Origin: Phoronis australis
Taxonomy: Eukaryota; Animalia; Phoronida
Direction of reading: 5' to 3'
Assembly (NCBI GenBank): GCA_002633005.1
Contig: NMRA01000266.1
Coordinates: 516,869-580,868, forward strand
DNA: 64,000 nt
The notes under the pieces: generated by a model
What the model was told of the DNA's origin: nothing
Databases searched by the model: none
The model's input: only the letters and a program-made list of their open reading frames with translations
Shown: positions 22,101 through 32,358 of the stretch, piece by piece
How positions within the stretch are numbered: the stretch's first letter is position 1
Layout: the number at the start of each line of letters is the position of its first letter
Position numbers and translations under genes: made by a program

Positions 22101-25100
22101 CTTCCAATTCTAAAAGCTATTAGAATAGTGCAGTTCTGTGAACAGCAAAAATGGCTGGTAATAACTATTTGGGGGCAGAATGATTTAACCATCTTACTAA
22201 ATTTGTTGTTAATTCCCTTAAGGGAAGGCTACGCTAATGACGAATTCAGCATCTCTCCATCTGTCGTGACAGGGAAATCTGGGTAATTTTTCCGACTACT
22301 TTTAACTTACACTGTATAAACATCTTAAGATTAACCTTGCAAGAGCAACTGAAACATCTTGAATACCATCAGCGGCTGTTCAGGTTCTCACACTTGTTAC
22401 TGGGGACAAATAAGTAATTACTGTGTTACCCTGGTACAACTGTGCCAGGACAACACAGTAATTACTTAGGGCTGTTCCAGCAAAATCTGTATGGGAGGGG
22501 GGAAGGCACTTTTATTTCGTACCCACCGCCCATATTTTTCATTTATTTCTACAACCCATGACCCATAATTTTTTAATTATTTTTAATAGGTTAAAATATA
22601 AAATCCAACACTTGCAAACAAACTGCCTCCAGGAGGACCAGTTAAGAACTTAGATGATTGACAGACAAGAACTAGTTGTCTTGTCCAATATTGTCAAAAA
22701 CTAAAGTAGCTCTGAGCAATACTTTTGGCAGCCACCAGGTGTCTCTGTTCACCATGTGTCTATAATTTCAATGAACATTTTTTCAATTATAAGGATCTAT
22801 GAATCTCAAACTGTCTCCACGATATCTNAATCAGTGTTAAGTTCTATTGCACAAGTTGAACTACATATCTCACTGAGAATATCCCTTTAAGTTAGCCAAC
22901 TCAATGTTACCTAGCAACCAACTGAATGTTACCTAGCAACAGCATACCTCTTGTTTTTGAGTACATGGTTTCACCTCTGCTTTTGGCTCCTTCCCTCATG
23001 CTGGGAGGCACATATTTGTTGCCTCCAGCCATACTGGGCTTCTGGGGGGCAACTACTGCAGAGTCTGGACCCGGGGCCTTGTCCTCTGTTGTAGCTACGT
23101 CTTGCTGCAATAAACAGTCACCATAGCAACGGCGTGGTAAACACTCCTAGGACATTTTCTTCCAATTCTAAAAGCTATTAGAATAGTGCAGTTCTGTTAA
23201 CAGCAAAAATGGCTGGTAATAAGTATTTGGGGACAGAATGGTTTAACCATCTTACTAAATTTGTCGTTAATTCCCTTAAGACAAGACTACGCTGATGACG
23301 AATTCAGCGTCTCTCCATCCGTCGTGACAGGGAATTCTGGGTAATTTTGTCCGACTACTTTTAACTTATACTGTATACACATCTTAAGATTAACGTTGCA
23401 AGAGCAACTGAAACATCTTGAATACCATCAGTTCCTGTTCAGGTTCTCACACTTGTTACTGGGGACAAATAAGTAATTACTGTGTTACCCTGGTACAGCT
23501 GTGCCAGGACAACACAGTAATTACTTATTTGTCCCCAGTAACAGTACACTCTCAAAAGAAACTAACAAATACATTGTAGAAAGTGAGTTTAAGTTCAGAG
23601 TACATGTCGATTCAATACAAGTTTCTGTTTTGATTAATCCTTCTCAACATCCGATGTGTTAATGGTCCATTGAATGACGCATTTATAAACTACAACTGAA
23701 TCGTGAATTTTGATTAAACTCTCACATGACACGAAGAATCAGTTGGAGCGTAAACATATGTTGTCAGGGCTTGTTATGACCGACAAAAAGAGCAAAATTT
23801 TCTAAGTGATGTATCATTCCACAAATTAGCTATAAAAAATTTGGTATAGAAATATTTTTTTGTGTTGTTCAATTCAACTGAAATAAACATTTGAGCGTGA
23901 AAAAAAATCAAAATCATGATAGAAATGAAACAAAGAGGGGACTGGAAATCAAATAAGAGGAAATTGAAACCAAAAAAGAGGAAATCCCTGGCCTGTGTTG
24001 TTTAATGGATCATTAATAGATCAGATATATTGACGGAAATCAAAACAGAAACTTGAACTGAGAGTGTAATGTAAACTGAACATTCTCATTTACACCTTCT
24101 CAGTTGATTCAATAGTCAACTGCGAAATTAAACTCACAAAATGGTGCTAGAACACAGGCGCGCCGGCACACTGGACAAAATACGCACCAGGTGTGACGCT
24201 AGAGCTAGTCTATTCTAGACTTACCTGCATCGGTGAAAGAGTATCCTTATATGGACATTTGGTGGTCCAATGGTCACCCTTACAGATACGACAGGACACC
24301 AGCTTCTGTCCCTTCAGCTTGGAGATAGCGTCGTCCTCTTGACTACTGTCCACCACCTACACACACAGTACACTTAGGTAAATTACACTTAGGTAAAGTA
24401 CACTTAAACACAGCACGCTCAAACACAGCATACTTTAACACAGTACACTTAGGTACATTTCCGTATTTCCACTTAGTGTTTGCCAGCTGCAAGCTTACCT
24501 AAACTGCAGCTAAACTTATGGTACAATATTACAACAACCGTGTGTATGCAGCTAAGTTTATGGTATAATATAACACTGAAGCTCCCCAATTTATGATACA
24601 TTATGGTGAACCAGTGAAACTTAACTTTTTTCTCATTAGAAACCTAACACCATAAAAATGCTGTTGAGTTTTACACCATGGCAATGATGAGACAATGTTT
24701 TGAGAAACACAACCTTGTTAAAAGCCATTGAAACTGTATTTTGACAACCAGTTTGATGCCTGTTATCCAGTGGAGAAAACTGGTTCTCAACATGCGGGCA
24801 CAGTACATCCGACCATTACGTATATATCAATACATACGATGACCATTACGTATATATCAATACATACGATGACCATTACGTATATATCAATACATACGAT
24901 GACCGTATACGTATATATCAATACATACGATGACCATTACGTATATATCAATACATACGATGACCGTATACGTATATATCAATACATACGATGACCGTAT
25001 ACTAGCCTAAGGCAAGAAGTTACATAGTAATACACTTGCAACACACAACCAACAAGTGGAAAATGGCTGCCTACAATGTAGTGTGTTCAAAGTGGGGCAT

Positions 25101-28100
25101 GTAACAATATAATTAGCACCGTGCATCTTTTTGTATGGTGACACATGGTCATGACACCGTGAGGTGTGAATTTAACATATCAACGCTTCTGACTCTGCCG
25201 GCTCATGTGTTTCAACTCTCAAGCAAGACTGCAACAAGAATATGGAGCATTTTTAAAGAGATTCCATCTTTTAGAGCGCCCCGTATATTAACCTTTAGTG
25301 ATAAGCATGTCTAAATCCCGATACCATGTTTCGAAACCTGGCTGGACACTGGCCACTTTGCAAGGCACTAGCCTCTAGCCTCAGGTCGTGTGTACTTAAA
25401 TGATAACAGTATGACTAACTAACACCGCTAAATTTGAAGGGTGGAGCTGTAGTCACTTCTCAAATGCATTGTGGGATGCTTGTCGTTGATGAAACTTCCG
25501 CTTACATCACAGGTAATTCGTTGACGTGTCACCAGAGTTGCGATTTGGTTGTGTTACCTGAGTTACGTCTTGGTTGTGTTACCTGAGTTACGTCTCGGTT
25601 GTGTTACCTGAGTTACGATTTGGTTGTGTTACCTGAGTTACGTCTTGGTTGTGTTACCTGAGTTACGTCTTGGTTGTGTTACTTGAGTTACGTCTTGGTT
25701 GTGTTACTTGAGTTACGTCTTGGTTGTGTTACCTGAGTTATGTCTTGGTTGTGTTACCTGAGTTATGTCTTGGTTGTGTCACCTGAGTTATGTCTTGGTT
25801 TAGATTGTGAGATTTATCTTCACTGTTATCAGATTATGCATGCCTCGAGAATGTTTCGTGCAAAAGATTTGATAAATAAATCTTTCTATAAATTTGATGC
25901 ATCTTGAGGTTCCCTTTCAATCATTTAATTTCTAACTATGTTTGCTTGGCCATACTCGCACCAAAACGTCCCACAATGCATTTGAAGAGCAGCAGCGCAG
26001 CAGATGAAACCCTTTCTTACACTTACCTCTTTGTTATGTACAAATTGCATGAAAATTTCTTCAGACACCACTGTGTTGGCCGGGTTTGGCCCGGGAGGGT
26101 CGTGGGCTGCGCCGCCGAATTTCTTCCATGTCTGAAGAAGGAGGTCACAGTTGAACGAACCAACAACAGAACAAGTGCAGGGCTGTCAGAGCGACGAGTC
26201 AATACCAACTCCTTGCACTACAAGACTACTAAAGCAAGAAAACAAAACACCGTTTCCCCGTCACCAGGGCCGATTCTATTAAGTTAAACAGCAAAAACTA
26301 CTAGTAGCCACCTTACTAACCTTAGAGTTAAGTCCCCTGATTTTCAGTCTTAAGGGAAGGTTACTCTGACTATTATGAATTCGGTTTCCGCCCAGGCGGC
26401 CATCACGACGGGAAATTCCGGCTCATTTTACCGGAATACTTTTATAATGTACTGTATTTGCTATTCAGTCTTAAATGATCACAATTTGAAAAATCAGTTC
26501 TAGTCTAAGATAATGAAGACCTCGCGAAGCTAACACTCGAGTCGCTGTGCATAAGTTCATGGCACTGTGAATACCATGCCCCCCTTTACAGCATTTCAGA
26601 GCTGAACAAGCCACAGACCCATCGACACACCTTGAGCCTTAACCTACAAATTTTTAAATCACGAGACACGCTTCAAGTAAACTTTAAAATATAATGCCAT
26701 GCGGTGTTCAATTTTTTAAACTAACTTGGGTACAGTTTGTTGGGCTTAGCCCCAGTTTGATCAGGTCTCTGCACCAATGCATTATTCAATGTCATTATGA
26801 TGCGCGTAACGTTAATTTCCACAAATAGAGCAGAATCTGGTCAAAATTTTCCAAAAATGCTTAAACATGAGAATGCATCACCACAAACTCTAACTTGTCA
26901 ACAATCGATCTGCATGCATATGAAAACTCAAACCTAGGAAAGCGTCCCCACCTTTCGTTTGGCTATTGACTTGGACACTTTGATCGTCTCAACCTTGTAT
27001 GTCCGGATGACCTTCACCTTTTTCCCCTCGTCGTTATACTTGTACTCTGTGATCTTCTTTATGCCCGTCTTCTCGTCAAATTCTTCGCTCATAGGGGGCA
27101 GGTCCGCTGAAATTCAGTGAGTCTATTCAAACCTTCGGCAGTAGTCACCAACAGTGGTTCCGTACGGTGAGAACCAGTTTCATGCCCGTAATTCAATGGA
27201 CAAAAAACTGGTTCTCAACATCCAGGACTCTGTAAGTCACTATTAGCTTTACTTGATAACGCATCAAGCTCATTAAAACTACGTTACAAAAAGAAGCGCC
27301 GTAACTTGCCAAGCAAGGAGTGCGCTTCGACAGTTCTGGTTCAAAAATGTTTTGTGTAGTCTCATGACACAGCCATTTTACAAAACCGTAGTGCATGTTC
27401 AATTGACCACACATTATCTAAAAAAAACAAAGGCGTAGGACACTTCCTTAAAATCGTGAAGTTCCTCGGACTTACAGATGCCCCAAAGCTTTCGAAGTAG
27501 CCAGCCACTTGTGGAAAAACATAAGAAGGCCTCCCTCAATCAATCAACGATTCTTTGACCAAATGGTTAAGATACTGAAGTCGAAATCTCGAGACTGCGT
27601 TTCAAAACCTGGCTGGAGACTATTGAGTTTGAAACAAACTGACCTATCACATCAGACCGTTTTCAACCCCTGGCCTGCATAGCATTAACACTCACCTGCC
27701 TCGCCCTCTTCCACTTGATCAGCCCAGCTGGGCTTGTTTCTGAAATGAACACACGATTCAAATTTTAGCTGGTAGTAACCAACAGCAACAGGTTCTCAAG
27801 TCGGAAGAATTTCTAAAATCAGACGAATTTACCCAAGAAGGAATAAGAATTTGGAAAAATTCCAATTGGGGAAAATTTCTAAGTTTTTATTGAAAGGTAT
27901 TCATTAGGTGAAATTCGAGCTTGATGCCTTTGATATGATTTAAAGCTAGTTTATAAGGCAACACGTAGCCCCTCGGTTGGTAGGCAACACGCAGCCCCTC
28001 GGTTGGTAGGCAACACGCAGCCCCTCGGTTGGTAGGCAACACGCAGCCCCTCGGTTGGTAGGCAACACGTAGCCCCTCGGTTGGTAGGCAACACGTAGCC

Positions 28101-29331
28101 CCTCGGTTGGTAGGCAACACGTAGCCCCTCGGTTGGTAGGCAACACGTAGCCCCTCGGTTGGTAGGCAACACGTAGCCCCTCGGTTGGTAGGCAACACGT
28201 AGCCCCTCGGTTGGTAGGCAACACGTAGCCCCTCGGTTGGTAGGCAACACGTAGCCCCTCGGTTGGTAGGCAACACGTAGCCCCTCGGTTGGTAGGCAAC
28301 ACGTAGCCCCTCGGTTGGTAGGCAACACGTAGCCCCTCGGTTGGCTGGTTAGGGGCTACAGTACATCCCACTGCTGTCTGTACTAATTTCGTTCCCTTTA
28401 TTTTAAACGGGTGGTAAGCAATACCTGCTCACTGATTAAGAGTTTTCAACTCGTCAAAAACACATTCTACACTATCCTTTAAAAAGCGCTTACTTTCTTA
28501 GTGATCCTTTCTGCTTCTAAGAATATCTTTGATTAAGCATACTTACAAGAGTTAACTTAGGTGAATTTGGCGAAGAATTCCAACTCCAATTTTTGGTCAC
28601 CATTAAGTTTTTCACCATGCACATGACAACCACAAAGTATTTCAATTGAGTTAGGTAAAGGCTAGCGCGAGACTGAGCGACAGCCACTGGCGCGTGACGC
28701 TTGCAAATAGCATGTGAAAATATCAGGTGAAATTTGTAACATTTGTGACCCTTGGATATTTGTTCGCCAACAGGCACAAGTTTACATAATTTCCTCGTAA
28801 TGGTCACTCATTTATTGTACGTTGAGAACGTTTATTTGAGAATCTGTTACTTTACTTTTTGTAGCTTAAGAATGTGGAGTTTAAGTAATAAAAATTTTTG
28901 AAAATGGAACTTGGGACATTGAAAATGACCCATCCAAAAACAAAATGGCCGACTTCGACCGCCCTACCATGGGTATGTTCAAGTCATGTCGACTAAGTTG
29001 TTTTCAGAGTCATGATGTATTAATTAGAACCCCATGAGGATATATGTATGTTTCATCGGATTATACATGCTGTATTTTGAAATGATTAACTTTTTGTGAG
29101 GATGTAATATCGCCCCTGTATGCCTGCTGCATTCGGGGCGATGGCCTACTAACTCTGTCGAAATGATCAGCTGCTGAAAGAATGGTCGTGAAGGCAAATC
29201 ACAAACGCCAATAACAGAGACATTATGTATAGGTAATTTAACAATACGTTGTGATGGGCTATAAGCAACACTAATGGCTCCAAAATTTGTTACTATTAAA
29301 AAGGAACTTACTCGAAATCGGCTGAAGGCAT
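19169..29331 (-). CDS. EIF3G: Eukaryotic translation initiation factor 3 subunit G, 9 coding exons
   Basis: Exons 29312-29331, 27696-27739, 26952-27106, 26027-26131, 24225-24356, 22948-23104 (duplicate at 21890-22046), 21194-21327, 20496-20602, 19169-19190 give [19 protein letters not shown]...WKKFG...[16 protein letters not shown]...KYVPPSMR...TIRVTNLS...KGFAFINY...[19 protein letters not shown]. Confidence 0.97.
19964..20058. mobile_element. ~80-bp palindromic MITE (copies also at 24735-24805 and 27159-27234)
   Basis: TA-flanked TIR acgtgcccgcattatgagaaccag / ctggttctcataatgcaggcacgt. Confidence 0.7.
20496..20602 (-). CDS. EIF3G: eIF3g exon 8 (RRM)
   Basis: [36 protein letters not shown]. 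Confidence 0.97.
21106..21124 (+). promoter_or_regulatory. Candidate CTCF-binding site
   Basis: tgccaccagatggcgctaa closely matches the CTCF core consensus CCACCAGRKGGCGC. Confidence 0.55.
21194..21327 (-). CDS. EIF3G: eIF3g exon 7 (RRM)
   Basis: [45 protein letters not shown]. Confidence 0.97.
21890..22046 (-). CDS. EIF3G: eIF3g exon 6, copy A
   Basis: [12 protein letters not shown]...[23 protein letters not shown]. Confidence 0.85.
22469..22827. mobile_element. Left end of a PIF/Harbinger-like insertion present only in copy A
   Basis: Begins GGGCTGTTCC directly after TTA, where copy B continues the palindrome; truncated at the N. Confidence 0.55.
22948..23104 (-). CDS. EIF3G: eIF3g exon 6, copy B
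   Basis: Same peptide as copy A, ttgcag| and |gtatgc. Confidence 0.85.
23454..23543. repeat. 90-bp near-perfect palindrome
   Basis: Perfect 33-bp arms tgttactggggacaaataagtaattactgtgtt plus paired centre cctggtacag/ctgtgccagg. Confidence 0.92.
23765..23995. mobile_element. hAT-type MITE with 6-bp TSD
   Basis: tgttgt|CAGGGCTT...GGCCTG|tgttgt; inverted homologue of 12433-12682. Confidence 0.75.
24225..24356 (-). CDS. EIF3G: eIF3g exon 5 (CCHC zinc knuckle)
   Basis: [28 protein letters not shown]. Confidence 0.97.
24811..25001. repeat. 30-31-bp minisatellite, ~6 copies
   Basis: Unit ccattacgtatatatcaatacatacgatga. Confidence 0.93.
25545..25800. repeat. 25-bp minisatellite, 10 copies
   Basis: Unit ttggttgtgttacctgagttacgtc. 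Confidence 0.95.
26027..26131 (-). CDS. EIF3G: eIF3g exon 4
   Basis: [35 protein letters not shown]. Confidence 0.96.
26952..27106 (-). CDS. EIF3G: eIF3g exon 3
   Basis: [50 protein letters not shown]. Confidence 0.96.
27696..27739 (-). CDS. EIF3G: eIF3g exon 2
   Basis: [14 protein letters not shown]; tttcag| and |gtgagt. Confidence 0.95.
27956..28344. repeat. 26-bp minisatellite, ~15 near-identical copies
   Basis: Unit aggcaacacgtagcccctcggttggt. Confidence 0.97.
29312..29331 (-). CDS. EIF3G: eIF3g exon 1 (start codon)
   Basis: ATG CCT TCA GCC GAT TTC GA|gtaagt = MPSADFE, like vertebrate MPTGDFD, correct phase 2. Confidence 0.9.
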
Positions 29332-29846
29332 GCTTCGAATATTTCGCACAAATTTTTACAATATGGCTCACCAAGACTTTACAGGTTAAGAATAATTAAT
29401 ATTTTATATTACAATGACACTATATGAAATATTTTCACATTTTTATGATTATATTTAATCCAAGATTACAAAAATTGCTTACATATTGAACTATAGCTCA
29501 TACATGCATACATTATTTGTTAAATGTTACAAAAAACATTGATAGTCGGTCTTAGTCTTACAACCATGGTTTTGTTAGGAACACCGATGATTTTTTTCCA
29601 CCATTGCAACTGGATAAGTGACTAGAACGCATGGCTTTAGAGATCGTAAGTCACCGATCTACACGTCAGCGTTTAGATGTAGAAAAAATAGGTTTGATTT
29701 GAATTTAACTGTGTCGTTCACCAAACTCGGTTCCAGTAACAATAAACTGAAAGTTTAAATGCATTGTGCCAATTCAGGGCTGCAAGAAGTGAGGGGCCGG
29801 GCATACTCTCCTCGATCATTTGCGGGTTTCGGGGATGAACTGGGGC

Positions 29847-32358
29847 CGAGGGCAGTCGAGAAAAGAATAACAGCGAAACATGAAAAAGAGAGAAGATTCA
29901 AGAAAAACGTTGTCAACCACCAGTGCTTGGTTTACCATTTAAGGGCTCTGGCTAGGACCGGCATCGACCTCATTTTTGCAGAAGATCGTCTAATTGCACT
30001 TGAAAACGTGATTTTATTACTCACCTCAATTTTCAAAGCGCAACTTCTGCAGAATATGTTCATTCGTTGGATTTTTAAAATCCAGAAGGCAATTTTAAGG
30101 AATGTAAAATTGACGATTAAGACCTAAGCTGGGAAGAAATGGTTATGCTTCAGTGACTTAAGTTGCAGACTGAAGTAAAGAAAATCACCCGTTCCCCAAA
30201 TAACAATTTTCACTTAACGACATTTGCCTATCTAAAACACAGTAAAAAACACCAATGAAATTCGAAAAGTTTTACAGTGTGCCTCCCCCGGTTTCACCCC
30301 CACGGGGGTCGGTCGATACAAAATTTGCATCATCGGGAGAATGGGGAAGGTGGTGGGATATGATAAATATTTACCTTCTTACGGGTCTGCACCATGAAAG
30401 TTATATTAGAAGTGGACCCAATCATGCTTTTCACAAACTCGAATTAAATGCAGGGGCCGATACAGGATTTTGAGTTAGGTGGGCCAGGGCAGAGTATAGG
30501 CCAGGGTTGGATAATGGAACCTGGGAGAATTTTAGGGGGCATAGCCCCCTTGGCCCCCTCTAAATCCGCCACTGCACAGTCATCGGATTGGCAACGACAA
30601 AAATTGGCCATTATGAGCGATCTCATTGGGTCAACATGCTGCCTGCCGCCGTTTATTTGTTGACAGCATACCAAATTTTGTGTATATGAATGTATTCATT
30701 CACGCGCTGTGGTGGATAACTGAGGTTTGCGTCCGGCTGACGTCACTGAGACTGGTGATTATACATCTTTTCATATTTTAATTAATTACACCTTGAATGC
30801 CGTTTCATGCAGTTACATTGTTCATTAACTATTCAGTATACAATGACATTTAAGAAAAAAGTGATAAACTACTTCAAGCTTCTATCCCATAAAAGTTTTC
30901 TGATAGGCAAAAAATTGGGCAAAGATCTATCACGTAGACTTGAAATGTACTGTGGATAGCTCGTCACATTGGTAGTATTGTAGGACTTTACATAAAAGTT
31001 TTGAAATAAAATCTTTTCTTTAGAAAGTGAAAGTTTGTGATCCTGATACATGTATAGTGTATGTTACCGTAAAAAAGAGACATTGGGACATATTGTTATG
31101 ACACTAAAGAAAATGAACTCTGAAAAATAATGATATTCATAAAAAGAGACAATGGAACACCTGGAGCCCGTTCCAACAAAACTGATTTAGCTAAGGTAAA
31201 TCTTAAATTTTTGTAAATTTTAAAATAAAATTTAAATTTGTCTCAAAACCAATTCAAGAAAGAGATCTTAAGTTTGACTTAAGTGTTTGACATAAGTTTT
31301 CTCTTAATTTTGACTTACTTACCGAATGTGGAAACTTCAAAGTTTAGAAGTTAATACAAATATTAAACTTAAGTCANCGAGGGCAGTCGAGAGAAGAATC
31401 ACAGCGAAACATGAAATAGAGAGAAAATTCAAGAAAAACGTTGTCAACCACAAGTGCTTGGTTTACCATTTAAGTGCTCTGGCCAGACATCGACCTCATT
31501 TTTGCAGCATAGATCGTCTAATTGCACTTGAAAACGTGTCTGCACCATGAAAGTTATATTAGTAGTGGACCCAATCATGCTTTTCACAAACTCGAATTAA
31601 ATGCAGGGGCTGATCCAGGATTTTGAGTTAGGTGGGCCAGGGCAGAGTATAAGCCAGGGTTGGCAAATGGAACCTGGGAGAATTTTAGGGTGCATAGCCC
31701 CTTTGGCCCCCTCTAAATCCGCCACTGCACAGTCATCGGATTATATATCTTTTCATATTTTAATTAATTACACCTTGAATGCCGTTTCATGCAGTTACAT
31801 TGTTCATTAACTATTCAGTATACAATGACATTTACGAAAAATGTGATAAACTACTTCAAGCGTCTATCCCATAAAAGTTTTCTGATAGGCAAAAAATTGG
31901 GCAAAGATATATCACGTAGATTTGAAATGTACTGTGGATAGCTCGTCACATTGGTAGTATTGTAGGACTTTACATAAAAGTTTTGAAATAAAATCTTTTC
32001 TTTAGAAAGTGAAAGTTTGTGATCCTGATACATGTATAGTGTACGTTACCGTAAAAAAGATACATTGGGACATATTGTTATGACACTAAAGAAAATGAAC
32101 TTTGAAAAATAATGATATTCATAAAAAGAGACAATGGAACATCTGGAGCCCGTTCCAACAAAACTGATTTAGCTAAGGCAAATCTTAAATTTTTGTAAAT
32201 TTTAAAATAAAATTTAAATTTGTCTCAACACCAATTCAAGAAAGAGATCTTAAGTTTGACTTAAGTGTTTGACATAATTTTTCTCTTAATTTTGACTTAC
32301 TTACCGAATGTGGAAACTTCAAAGTTTAGAAGTTAATACAAATATTCAACTTAAGTCA
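29847..32358. repeat. Duplication with single N at 31377 (probable uncollapsed haplotypes); copy B lacks 375-bp and 171-bp segments
   Basis: 29847-31376 vs 31378-32358. Confidence 0.9.
30450..30574. mobile_element. hAT-type MITE (second copy ~31603-31727; same family as 48445-48769)
   Basis: caggggccgat...atccgccactg TIRs. Confidence 0.65.

Larger units (their letters stand above)
21771..23527. repeat. ~700-bp duplication containing eIF3g exon 6, single N at 22828 (probable uncollapsed haplotypes)
   Basis: 21771-22468 vs 22829-~23527; exon copies encode identical peptide. Confidence 0.9.

Noticed and set aside
21890-23104. Mutually exclusive duplicated exon 6 of eIF3g
   Set aside because: Identical peptide, intron flanks duplicated too, single-N junction without microhomology next to a TE end: best explained as two haplotypes.
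23289-23310. CTGATGA hammerhead or C/D-box candidate
   Set aside because: Simple hairpin within a dispersed repeat (also ~9050, ~22225, ~26355); no stem II plus GAAA, and antisense to the host gene.
27887-28371. Three overlapping minus-strand ORFs / CRISPR-like array
   Set aside because: 26-bp stop-free minisatellite; no spacers, no cas genes, eukaryotic context.
19191-29311. Intronic snoRNAs in eIF3g
   Set aside because: No convincing sense-strand C/D box pair with terminal stem or H/ACA double hairpin seen by eye; an Infernal/snoscan search could still find one.
31022-31034. ISRE-like GAAAGTGAAAGT
   Set aside because: Single short motif in AT-rich DNA, far from and downstream of the TRIM gene; expected by chance.
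29847-32358. Real segmental tandem duplication
   Set aside because: Single-N junction whose flanks predict different bases; divergence pattern fits alleles. Needs read depth to settle.
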